From positions 11,387 to 75,386 of the forward strand of contig JBEKTQ010000020.1 of the NCBI GenBank assembly GCA_049515895.1: a DNA stretch of 64,000 nt, read 5' to 3'. This document shows positions 1 to 8,738 of this stretch, in pieces. Positions within the stretch are counted from its first letter, which is position 1, and each line of letters begins with the position of its first letter. Below the pieces are notes generated by a model. The model did no database searches. It saw only the letters and a program-made list of their open reading frames with translations, and was not told the origin of the DNA. The translations under genes and the position numbers were made by a program. The stretch comes from Candidatus Bathyarchaeia archaeon (lineage in GTDB: Archaea > Thermoproteota > Bathyarchaeia > Bathyarchaeales > Bathycorpusculaceae).

Positions 1-1667
1 GTCTTGGGCTCTTCAGGCTTTGTTTCACCCGACGATTTTGCAGCGAGCGAATAGTCAATTCTTAAGATCACTTCAACAGTTTCAAAAGCTGAATTCAAAG
101 CCTGCAACTTAATGCGCACGGGTTCAAGAACACCAAGTTTCTCCATATCATCGAGAATTTTCTTGTAGGGTTCAATTCCGATTGTTTTTTCACCGTTCTC
201 ATGTCTTAGTTTCAGTTCAGAAATCATATCAAGTGGATCGACGCCTGCGTTCTTGCACAGTATTTTGCATAGCTCTTCAAGCGCTTCTGCAAAAGCTGTT
301 ATGGCAAGCTGCTCTTTCGTACGAATCTCGTTGGCGAATTTTTTGAGTTGAGAAGCAACCTCAATTTCTAAAGCGCCACCGCCGTAGACAGCACGAGGAT
401 CTTTGTAGATTTCTCTGATAGCTGACAAACCATCCTTTATTCCGCGGGCGGCTTCATCAACAAATAGTTTTGAACCCCCATGCAAAATTATCGCTTTGGC
501 TCGAGAATCATATTTGCCGGTGAAAAAAACGTATTCTTTTTCATACATCTTTTGCGTGTACACTAGTTCACTTGATCCCAAGAATTCTGAGGTTAACTCA
601 TCCAAGTTATCAGTTAAGATACCGCCGGTTACCTTCTGTATTCCCATCAGATCAGGCATAAGGATTCGTTTAAAAGCTAAGACGCCTCTTTTTGAGAAGT
701 ATTCAAAGGCAACGTCATTAATATTCCAATTTGAGATTACCACATTGGCTCCAGAAGCAACAATTTTTTGAGCCATTTTTTGCGCTATTTCTTTTTCTTT
801 TTCGGCGAACCCATCAATGTTCTCTTTTTTCGTAACGTCTATCTTGATGAAGTCGCCGTATTTTGAGTATTGACCCATTGAGAAAGCTTCCATAGGGCGC
901 GTAATAAATGCGACTTGAGCGTTTTCTATGCGTTCGGGCATTTCGAAGCGGCTCATTGGAAAGGAAACAACCCAACCGTCAAAAAGGTAACTTTCTGATA
1001 AGAGCCCATTTTCTATTTTTTCAACTTTAATGTTTGCTATGTCAAGTTTTCGGTCTTTTTCTTGTTCTTCGGAGGCTTCTTCAGCCGCCTTGGTTATTAG
1101 ATCAATCATGTGTTGAATAGAATTGTGAGGAATTTTGTTTCTCATCGCCGTCGAAGCAATTTTTCTAATAGAAGCATTGTCATGAATGTTGCATAGAACA
1201 GTTTCGTTAGTAACTATTTCAACTGCTTTCTGGCACGCTTTCTGGTAGCCGTCAATTATTGTTCTTGGATGCAAGCCATTATCTAGTAATTTTTGAGCTT
1301 TGTCCAAGAGCTTGCCGATTAGGATGATTGTTGTCTTCACTCCGCCTCCGACTTCGTCACTAACGGCTTTGGCTGTCTCGGCGAACATTTGGCCAACTGG
1401 GTTTGTGAAGTTTGCTCCGTTAATGATTGTGTACCCGTCGCTTGTTAGATCATTTATGTCTGGAGCCCAACCGAGCTCATCTTGAACAACCGTCATAAGT
1501 TTCTTTGAACCTTGAGGCCCAAATCCCGGTTCTAACATTTCACCTATAACAGATGACAAAGCGATATTAGTCACTCGTACTTCTTTTGCGCCAGTCTTAT
1601 CTGAATCATTCAGTTGTCTACTTGGAGCAAAGCCGCCTTTTTGTTTTGCATTAGGGATGTTTTTCAA
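1..1667 (-). CDS. Divergent thermosome (group II chaperonin) subunit, 3' end runs off the window
   Basis: Not in ORF track. Manual translation from TTG at 1667 gives GPQGSKKLM, TSDGYTII, DEVGGGVKTT, LHPRTIIDGYQKA, VYGGGALEIE and GVLEPVRIKLQAL...ILRID. Confidence 0.9.
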   Translation of the reverse strand, partial: MKNIPNAKQKGGFAPSRQLNDSDKTGAKEVRVTNIALSSVIGEMLEPGFGPQGSKKLMTVVQDELGWAPDINDLTSDGYTIINGANFTNPVGQMFAETAKAVSDEVGGGVKTTIILIGKLLDKAQKLLDNGLHPRTIIDGYQKACQKAVEIVTNETVLCNIHDNASIRKIASTAMRNKIPHNSIQHMIDLITKAAEEASEEQEKDRKLDIANIKVEKIENGLLSESYLFDGWVVSFPMSRFEMPERIENAQVAFITRPMEAFSMGQYSKYGDFIKIDVTKKENIDGFAEKEKEIAQKMAQKIVASGANVVISNWNINDVAFEYFSKRGVLAFKRILMPDLMGIQKVTGGILTDNLDELTSEFLGSSELVYTQKMYEKEYVFFTGKYDSRAKAIILHGGSKLFVDEAARGIKDGLSAIREIYKDPRAVYGGGALEIEVASQLKKFANEIRTKEQLAITAFAEALEELCKILCKNAGVDPLDMISELKLRHENGEKTIGIEPYKKILDDMEKLGVLEPVRIKLQALNSAFETVEVILRIDYSLAAKSSGETKPEEPK

Positions 1668-1947
1668 AGCCTATTCATCTCATATTTGATTTGGGTGTAG
1701 AGCTAGTATCGTCGCTATATATTATTTGTTTGATAACTTATTTTTTCATGTTATATTAGGCTTCATAATAAGGTTTGCATTTTATTAGCGTTGATCTTGT
1801 CTTTTTGTAACTAACTGACCTTATGATTTTGCCTTCTAAACCCTTAAAGTCATTTATTCTAAAGCGCTTCCTTATTGTTCTATTTACTTTAGCGAGAAAA
1901 AATTACTTATTATCAATCTTCGATTAAGAATTGTTTCAGAGCAATGG

Positions 1948-2328
1948 TTGCAAAGAGTGTGCGCAATGGCTCCAGAAGCGCCTCTAACCACGATGGAGGT
2001 CGTATGTCAAGTTGCATCTGAGAACCTTGGTTGTAACGGTATTTTAGGACACGCAGAGTCGCCGCCTATTGAGGAGTGGTACAAAATGACCCGAAAATTC
2101 GATAACGTAGTAGCACTATGTGGACCTGACGTGAAAACTATTTTGGATGGTCCTAAAAAGAAGATTCTTGAAATGTGGAAACGGCAGGCAAAAATATTTG
2201 CACAGTATCCCACACAAGGATTTAGAACTAAACATGCATTAGGCTTTGATCCTACCACACCACTGGAAAACATGGAATATACAGTCAAGGCATATCTTGA
2301 AACCTTTAAGATACCGCTACCAGCGTAA
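1948..2328 (+). pseudogene. 5'-truncated paralog of the UroD/MtaA-family protein at 25563-26834
   Basis: PEAP/PEGP, EEWYKMTRKFDN/DEWYNNTRKYDN, QYPTQGFRT/KYPTQGHRT and DPTTPL/DPTIPL align only to the last ~120 aa of that protein. Confidence 0.75.
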
Positions 2329-2439
2329 ATCAGAAAAAATACAATCAAGAATTTTTTTCCTTTTTTATTGTAAACTTCTCGTACCTTAGTGTGGCGCGCT
2401 TAAGCTCTAACCAAAACAAAAAGAAAAAAAGGCGCTTGA

Positions 2440-3744
2440 TCATGGCTGTTGGATCGCTTTTAGAGTGTTTAGTGTATCCTCAAGGATGGTTAGTACACCG
2501 TTAAAGCCGATTAACGGTCGAAAAGTCAAACTGACTTGATCATAGTAGGGGTATGTGAATGGGATGAAACCGAATTTAGCGTCAGGAACCCCTCTTGATA
2601 CTCGATCTTCAACATTGCTTCCATAAATCAGGTCAGGCTTCTTATCGGACAGTGCTTCGCGTATGTCGTATTGATCTGGGCTATAAAGTATGGTTGTATC
2701 TAAAGAGTTTTCAGCAATGTATTGGTTTAGCAGTTTCTGGTTCTCGGGTCCAACTTCTCTTAAGCCAATGACATCAGGGTACAACCCCAAGTACTTATGA
2801 AGGAAAGATATCAACGGCACAGCTGTGGAGGAGTCACCAAAGTAGCCAAATCTTATACCTCGCAGACCACCCATCAAAACAGATATCCGGTCAAGTGTAC
2901 GATAACACTTCATCTTCACCTTATTAGATTCCTCATTAATCATTGTTTTGGGCAAATTGAAAAAATCTGCAATCTTTCCGAACCAGATCTCAGAGGAAAC
3001 GAAACCGTAAGGTGAAGACTCTTTAATGCCCATGTATGGGGTGCCATAGTCATGTTCAAGTTGCTGTGCTATTGTGTTGCCATATTCCTCGTATAGGACA
3101 ACGTTGAGCTCGGCTCTATTTGCCATTTTAAGGTTCTCAAGGGTTTCTCCAGCGCATATTTTGGAGATGACTTTTATGCCTATTAGTTCAAGTGTTCTTT
3201 TGATTTCGGCAGTGTCGCTTTCCCAGTTGTACTGAAAAATGTTCGCTCCGATCAAGTTCACACTTTTGGGGATTTTTGGGCCATCATTTTCTATTACTGC
3301 TTTCAGTATTTCGTTCGATGCTCTCTTAAAGCCATCAACGAAGGTTCCCGTGAAACAGGAGCTTTCAATCGGAACGGTCTTGTATTTGGGAGAAGATTTT
3401 TTTAGGATAGCAATGAGATCGTCCCCGATTAAAGAAGTTCCGGGAGAGTTAATTATGCCTACGAGGTCATAATCGAAATTTGATATCTGATTAATTGCGG
3501 TTGTAAGTTTTTCTTCTGCACTGTTAACATAATCATATTCATCCAGAAAGGTACTGGGCACTCGCTGAAAATAGATGTCAGTGAAATATTTATCCAATCC
3601 AAGCGGTGTAGTCTGGGCATCCTGTATTCCCGTAAGATAAGAAAGATAAGTTCTGCAGCCATTAGGACCATTAACTAACGCGGCGGAGTTCTTTATGCCT
3701 TCAAACGCTGTAACCGCTCCAGCGAGAGAGTCAGGTCTATGCAT
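2440..3744 (-). CDS. Nitrogenase component-1-like oxidoreductase subunit (NifK/NifN/BchB-like)
   Basis: GAVTAFEGIKNSAALVNGPNGC, SLIGDD, VNLIG, GFNGVLTILE. Likely start is ATG at 3744, overlapping the upstream stop. Confidence 0.85.
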   Translation of the reverse strand: MHRPDSLAGAVTAFEGIKNSAALVNGPNGCRTYLSYLTGIQDAQTTPLGLDKYFTDIYFQRVPSTFLDEYDYVNSAEEKLTTAINQISNFDYDLVGIINSPGTSLIGDDLIAILKKSSPKYKTVPIESSCFTGTFVDGFKRASNEILKAVIENDGPKIPKSVNLIGANIFQYNWESDTAEIKRTLELIGIKVISKICAGETLENLKMANRAELNVVLYEEYGNTIAQQLEHDYGTPYMGIKESSPYGFVSSEIWFGKIADFFNLPKTMINEESNKVKMKCYRTLDRISVLMGGLRGIRFGYFGDSSTAVPLISFLHKYLGLYPDVIGLREVGPENQKLLNQYIAENSLDTTILYSPDQYDIREALSDKKPDLIYGSNVEDRVSRGVPDAKFGFIPFTYPYYDQVSLTFRPLIGFNGVLTILEDTLNTLKAIQQP

Positions 3745-5959
3745 TGAGATTGAAAAGTTTTCGGTCATATTTCCAGCCTTCACTAAAGGGTACTTTAAGT
3801 CTCGTTGTCCATTTGCGGACGTATTCCATTCCACTCAAGAAGCCGTAGGATGGACAGAACGGAAAGACATCGTGAATGATCTTGGTATTTGTCAGGTTTT
3901 TAGGCATGAAATTGTACAGAACTAGGTCTGGCTGATGTTCCAGAATGTCTTTTTCTCGGTTATCAAAAGGGTAATCGTTGACCACTTGCACTTTATCCGC
4001 AAATCGTGAGCAAAAGTTCTCGGTCTCATAATAAAATTTTGATACACACACCTTTTGCACGTTTGCATGCAGATCAAGCAGGGTCGCAATTAACCAGTCT
4101 ATGTATATGACGAAGCCGAAGATCATTACTTTTTTAGCTTCCCAGAAGGGTTGGTAATGAGCGATCTGAGCATCATACTTAAGTCTGGCTTGATTGATTA
4201 ACGTTTCAGCTTCGCTTTCCCGGTGGAACATCTTTCCCAATGCCCTTGTAAACTCTACTGTTTGCTCAAAAGCCAATGGAAGTGGAGCCTTCAAGTATGG
4301 AACGTTGAAATCCTTATCAAAGTAATCTAAAAGATTTTGAACAACTATTTCGTTGGTCGCGGGGATATTTACGGTTGCTAATTTAAAGTTCTTGATCGAT
4401 TGCACAGTTGTTTTTCTGATGAACCTGCAGTTAATCGTGAGCTCGAGAGCGTTAAGAACGTTTGTTAATTCGTTAAAGTTCTTATCGGCAACCGTGGAAA
4501 GCCCTTGTTCACCGATGATGTTTATCATGTCGCCGCTAGGAGTTAGGTTTCTGTTGATAAAATGTTCAGCAATAATTTTGTAAGAATTTTGGACACCCGC
4601 ATTGAAGTCACCGCTCATAGCACCGTCGCTTTTAAGATCAACAACGTCCAAGCCTTCTTTTCGCAGCTGCTCAATTATGTGGGCTGAGTCTTCTCCGATT
4701 ATGCCTGAGGGACAAGAAGTAATCACAAAGGTGACAGCTGGCGAGACACGTTTGTTCGCGTCCAAGATTACCTGTTTTAGTTTTTTTTCAGCGCCAAAGA
4801 TCACTTCTTTCTCGCGCATATCGGTGCAAACTAGGTTCGGCAGGATCGTTTTTTCAGATGGTTGAGGAGTATTCAACGTGGTGTAAAAAGTATTGAATGC
4901 ACAAGCTATAGGCGAATCCATAACGGCTACTGCATCCTCGATTTGGCTGACAACAGCATAAGCCCCAGCCAGTGAGCAGCCATAAAGAAGCGCCCTCGGT
5001 TTTAAGGAAGTAACCTTTGCGCTGGCCCAATCAATACTGGTCTCTTTAGCATCTTTCACCGGATCGCATGTCTGGCAATCAGCCGTTTTCAAATTTTTTT
5101 TGACGCTATAGGTATTGGGAAAATTTTTTCTTACGGGTTTTTTGCAGTAGCAGAATTCGCTGATGAAGTCTTCAAGCGCTGAATCCTCCATAGGCGTTGG
5201 AACAACAGGAGTCTTGTTTTGTTCGATTTTCTGGGCTAATGACCGATAAATTCCTGCCAACTCAGAGTTAGGCGCATATTCAATAACGGTTTGCGATTCA
5301 AGCTCAGCCTGTTGAACAATTTCGCTTCGAGGGATAAAAGCAACCATTTCTGTTCCGAGTTTTTGTGCAAAAGCCGCGATTAGTTCACGCTCTTTTTTGG
5401 TACCCCTTTCATTGCCGATTATGCCAGCCAGTTTGCCTTTGACTGAAGAATGACTTCTTAAGCCTTTAGCAATATTATTAGCAGCGTATAAGGAAGCTAA
5501 TTCGCCTGAAGTTACAATGTATATGGATTGAGCAAAACCTTCGCGCATGGGAACGGCAAAACCGCCACAAACCACATCGCCTAAAACATCAAAAAACACG
5601 TACTCAAAATCAGACATGTTTAAACCTTGATTATTGAGCAGGTTAATCATCTGGATAATGCCTCTTCCGGCACAGCCAACACCAGGTTCTGGACCTCCGG
5701 CTTCAATGCATTTGGTGCCTTTGTACCCAGTTAACATAACATCAGCAAGTTTTACCGTATCAGAATGATTTAATTGTTCAAGAACAGTAGCTTGCTGAAA
5801 ACCGCCTAGCAGTAATCGTGTAGAATCATGCTTAGGGTCACAACCTATCTGCAGTACTTTGTATCCTTTCTCCGCTAAGGCAGCAGAAACATTTGAGATT
5901 GCAGTAGATTTTCCGATACCTCCTTTACCGTAGAAGGCAATTTTAACCATATCGCTCAT
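3737..5959 (-). CDS. NifH-like reductase fused to a NifD/NifE-like component-1 domain
   Basis: N-terminal GKGGIGKS, GCDPKHDST, GGPEPGVGCAGRG, DVLGDVVCGGFA; C-terminal YGCSLAGA, SPIAC, TSCPSGIIGED. Confidence 0.92.
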   Translation of the reverse strand: MSDMVKIAFYGKGGIGKSTAISNVSAALAEKGYKVLQIGCDPKHDSTRLLLGGFQQATVLEQLNHSDTVKLADVMLTGYKGTKCIEAGGPEPGVGCAGRGIIQMINLLNNQGLNMSDFEYVFFDVLGDVVCGGFAVPMREGFAQSIYIVTSGELASLYAANNIAKGLRSHSSVKGKLAGIIGNERGTKKERELIAAFAQKLGTEMVAFIPRSEIVQQAELESQTVIEYAPNSELAGIYRSLAQKIEQNKTPVVPTPMEDSALEDFISEFCYCKKPVRKNFPNTYSVKKNLKTADCQTCDPVKDAKETSIDWASAKVTSLKPRALLYGCSLAGAYAVVSQIEDAVAVMDSPIACAFNTFYTTLNTPQPSEKTILPNLVCTDMREKEVIFGAEKKLKQVILDANKRVSPAVTFVITSCPSGIIGEDSAHIIEQLRKEGLDVVDLKSDGAMSGDFNAGVQNSYKIIAEHFINRNLTPSGDMINIIGEQGLSTVADKNFNELTNVLNALELTINCRFIRKTTVQSIKNFKLATVNIPATNEIVVQNLLDYFDKDFNVPYLKAPLPLAFEQTVEFTRALGKMFHRESEAETLINQARLKYDAQIAHYQPFWEAKKVMIFGFVIYIDWLIATLLDLHANVQKVCVSKFYYETENFCSRFADKVQVVNDYPFDNREKDILEHQPDLVLYNFMPKNLTNTKIIHDVFPFCPSYGFLSGMEYVRKWTTRLKVPFSEGWKYDRKLFNLNA

Positions 5960-6022
5960 TCCTTTTCTCTGATTATTCTATGTTTGTGATATTGTGAACC
6001 TGAGGGCAACAGACAGGGGGAA

Positions 6023-7210
6023 TTATGCAGGGCTGATTATTCTGCTCATCAATTCTGGAAAATCCAAAATGTTGTCAACAGTAACCATTTGACATCCTGA
6101 ATCAGCCAGCAGTTTACTCCCGTCTTTATAATAATGTTCGAATGGTTTAAACCTGAGAAAGGTTATCCGAACATCCATATTCTGCATTTTAGTGATTTCG
6201 TCCAGTGATGCCTCGACATCTTCTGTTTCAAAGCCCATGTCAGAGAAAATTAGGCAAAAGTTGGCTTGATTACAACCTCCTTGACTGAATTCTGTTCTCG
6301 CCCATTTGACCGCTTGGTGAAGGTTTGTGCCTCCCGAAGACTCCATTGATAGTAGCTTATCAGTTATTTTCATTATGTCTTCTTTGACGCCAAATCTTTT
6401 GATTACATCAAGTTTATCTGAAAAAAGGGAAATAGCGCTTTGATCGTCTCTTGGCAAGCCATGTACAAGAATTGATCCACAGACCGCGCTGGAAACAAGT
6501 ACTCGATAATCGAAACTAGCGCTCATATCTTGAAGATATAAGACGTTTCTTCGTTGTCTTCTGACTTCCCGGGTAAGAAAGTCCTCGTACGAGAGCTGAC
6601 GCAGGTCTTTTCCATCGGCCATTGCGTTTTCCAGGGATAGCTCAAAATCAATTGCTGAAGAATCATCATTACCCGGCATGTACTGACGAACTGAGTAGCC
6701 TTTTTCCGGACCGGTACCGGAAACGTAGAAATTGTTAATGAAGTGGCGAGCATAATACATCCCTGTTTTAGCCAAAGCTTGTCTCGCTCTGGCTAACAAA
6801 GCCTTCTTTTCTTCTTCGTCGTACTCATCTCGATTTTTAAACCAATCATTGAGCACTTTTTCGTCGCCGTCCTTACCAGTTATGGCTTCGACTAGCTGAA
6901 CTATTACATCCTTAAATTTTTCTTCACGTGTATAAGCGAGGTAACTATAAGTTTGAACTGCCAAGGATTCCGCTTCAGATCTTATTTCTATATGTGATGT
7001 GACAACTGCGGCTTCAACGTAATCTTGTTGGTTCAAAATACTCTTTTGTCTCATCTGCTTTGCCATTAATAGTTTTGCGATCGCAATTGGTTGCCGTGAG
7101 CTAGGTTTGAAAGCTTCAGGAATAATTTGTGAACTGCGAATTGCGCCGCAGAATTCGCCGGCAAACTCTACTGGATCAACATTTTTGCTTGAACTCAATT
7201 TTTCTCTCAC
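6023..7210 (-). CDS. vWA (MIDAS) domain protein with N-terminal AAA-lid-like domain
   Basis: DMSAS, GGTNL and IFSD motifs. Probable GTG start at 7210. Lies downstream of a MoxR gene. Confidence 0.85.
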   Translation of the reverse strand: MREKLSSSKNVDPVEFAGEFCGAIRSSQIIPEAFKPSSRQPIAIAKLLMAKQMRQKSILNQQDYVEAAVVTSHIEIRSEAESLAVQTYSYLAYTREEKFKDVIVQLVEAITGKDGDEKVLNDWFKNRDEYDEEEKKALLARARQALAKTGMYYARHFINNFYVSGTGPEKGYSVRQYMPGNDDSSAIDFELSLENAMADGKDLRQLSYEDFLTREVRRQRRNVLYLQDMSASFDYRVLVSSAVCGSILVHGLPRDDQSAISLFSDKLDVIKRFGVKEDIMKITDKLLSMESSGGTNLHQAVKWARTEFSQGGCNQANFCLIFSDMGFETEDVEASLDEITKMQNMDVRITFLRFKPFEHYYKDGSKLLADSGCQMVTVDNILDFPELMSRIISPA

Positions 7211-7211
7211 G

Positions 7212-7493
7212 TTAGTTAGATGTATTTTGTTTGGCCAATTTTCTAATGGTGTCTTTGGCAATTTCTTCTGCAATTTTTTGAACTCGGGGGTAGGATGTCA
7301 CAACGGCAGCATCTACAAAGTCAGCTTCGAGTAGCTCACGGTTTTTGATGTATTTTGCTGAAAGAAGCCTCGCAATTGCAATGGATTGTCTGGTGCTTGG
7401 AGCAGCAATTTCTTTAACTTTCTCGAGCTCACGAAAGCTCGCCACAAAATCTGCCGCGAATTGCCCAATTAAAGCATGTGTGTCTACTTGCAC
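7212..7493 (-). CDS. Small protein paralogous to the N-terminal domain of the adjacent vWA protein
   Basis: PSTRQSIAIARLLSAK...DFVDAAVVTS vs PSSRQPIAIAKLLMAK...DYVEAAVVTS. Tightly packed between moxR and vWA genes. Confidence 0.8.
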   Translation of the reverse strand: MQVDTHALIGQFAADFVASFRELEKVKEIAAPSTRQSIAIARLLSAKYIKNRELLEADFVDAAVVTSYPRVQKIAEEIAKDTIRKLAKQNTSN

Positions 7494-8407
7494 GTTAAAC
7501 TCTTCCTTATAAGACCTTTGAGTTTATTTTCCTTCCATCGGGCATTACGTTCAGTTACGGATCCAAGAAGTGATTGATATGCGATGTCGACAAGAACAGA
7601 ATCAGTTAGGAGATCCATCTCGGCATAACGCGACGCTATTCGAGCAATCGAAATGCCAGTTCTTACAGAAACAAGCTTTGAGAATTCTTCGCTTTGCCTG
7701 GACTGATCAATAATGTTGTAAATTTTCTGCATCGTCTCAGGATCAAGCTTGTTTTCGGGGGTGTTAGCGGCGATGATTTTGAGTTCAGTTTCTTTGGTAG
7801 GATATGATAAGCTTATCCAAACATGAAGACGGTCCCTTAAAGCTTCAGAGATTCTGTGAGCACCAGAGAATTCGTAGGGATTGGCCACAGCTATGAAAAC
7901 GAAGTTATCGTTTGCCCTAATTTTGCCAAGTCTGGGAATATACAGCGTCTTCTCTTCAAGAGGCTCCAAGAAACTATTTTGGCAAAACTCAGAGGCTCTG
8001 TTTAGTTCTTGTGCAACAAAAACTCCGCCGCCAACCATCGCAAGCAATAAAGGCCCGGGCTCGAATGCCTCCATACAGTAGCCTTTGCTAACCAGAACTG
8101 CAGGGTTAAAGGTCCCTATGAGATGACTTGGACTCATGAGTTCATCAAAAAATAATTCATAAAATGGACGCTGAGTATCATATGCGAATTTCCTAGCCAA
8201 AAGCGATTTGCCCACACCGGGTGGACCAACAATTATTGGAGTTAGTCTTGCTGAAACTGCATCATCTAAAAGTTCATAAGCTTTCTTGTATTGCCCGTCT
8301 AAAACAATTTTTACTTCAGAAGGTCTGGAAGCTATTTGGCGAGCAAATTGTTCTTTGAACTCTCTGGTGCTGTCGCATTGATTTTCTGTCAATCCATTTT
8401 CCCTCAT
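7484..8407 (-). CDS. MoxR-family AAA+ ATPase
   Basis: Walker A GPPGVGKS, atypical Walker B FVAQELNR, AVANP, SEALRDR. Confidence 0.9.
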   Translation of the reverse strand: MRENGLTENQCDSTREFKEQFARQIASRPSEVKIVLDGQYKKAYELLDDAVSARLTPIIVGPPGVGKSLLARKFAYDTQRPFYELFFDELMSPSHLIGTFNPAVLVSKGYCMEAFEPGPLLLAMVGGGVFVAQELNRASEFCQNSFLEPLEEKTLYIPRLGKIRANDNFVFIAVANPYEFSGAHRISEALRDRLHVWISLSYPTKETELKIIAANTPENKLDPETMQKIYNIIDQSRQSEEFSKLVSVRTGISIARIASRYAEMDLLTDSVLVDIAYQSLLGSVTERNARWKENKLKGLIRKSLTCK

Positions 8408-8440
8408 GTCTTTACTATGTTTTTGTTCGTTGCAGTGTGT

Positions 8441-8689
8441 TTAGGGGTAAAGTTTCTTTTTAATTAGATAGCTTTGCGTTTTTTTAAGTATCTCGCCCTT
8501 ATCGATTACGCATTTTTCTTTATCAGGGCAGCCGTCACATATTGTTGTATCAGTTGTCACCTCAAAAAGTCGCACACCGCTCATTGTTAATGAATTGTCT
8601 GAGGGTATTACGCTTGTGGCTATGTTAATGCCATAGCACATGTTGATTTCTTTGCCGTTTAAACCGTAGACTTTTCCAAGTTCTTTCAA
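8441..8689 (-). CDS. Small Cys-containing hypothetical protein
   Basis: Fills the operon gap on the same strand; CDGC...C motif. Confidence 0.55.
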   Translation of the reverse strand: MKELGKVYGLNGKEINMCYGINIATSVIPSDNSLTMSGVRLFEVTTDTTICDGCPDKEKCVIDKGEILKKTQSYLIKKKLYP

Positions 8690-8738
8690 TCTCTCTTCTC
8701 CCTCACTTTAGTAATGAGGATATCTTTCGTCACTTTAT

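Noticed and set aside
496-1485. Short plus-strand ORFs
   Set aside because: Antisense to the thermosome gene.
2440-5959. True nitrogenase (nifHDK) or F430 biosynthesis cfbCD
   Set aside because: FeMoco and full P-cluster ligands are not evident; no nifB/E/N or cfbA/B/E and no mcr in the window.
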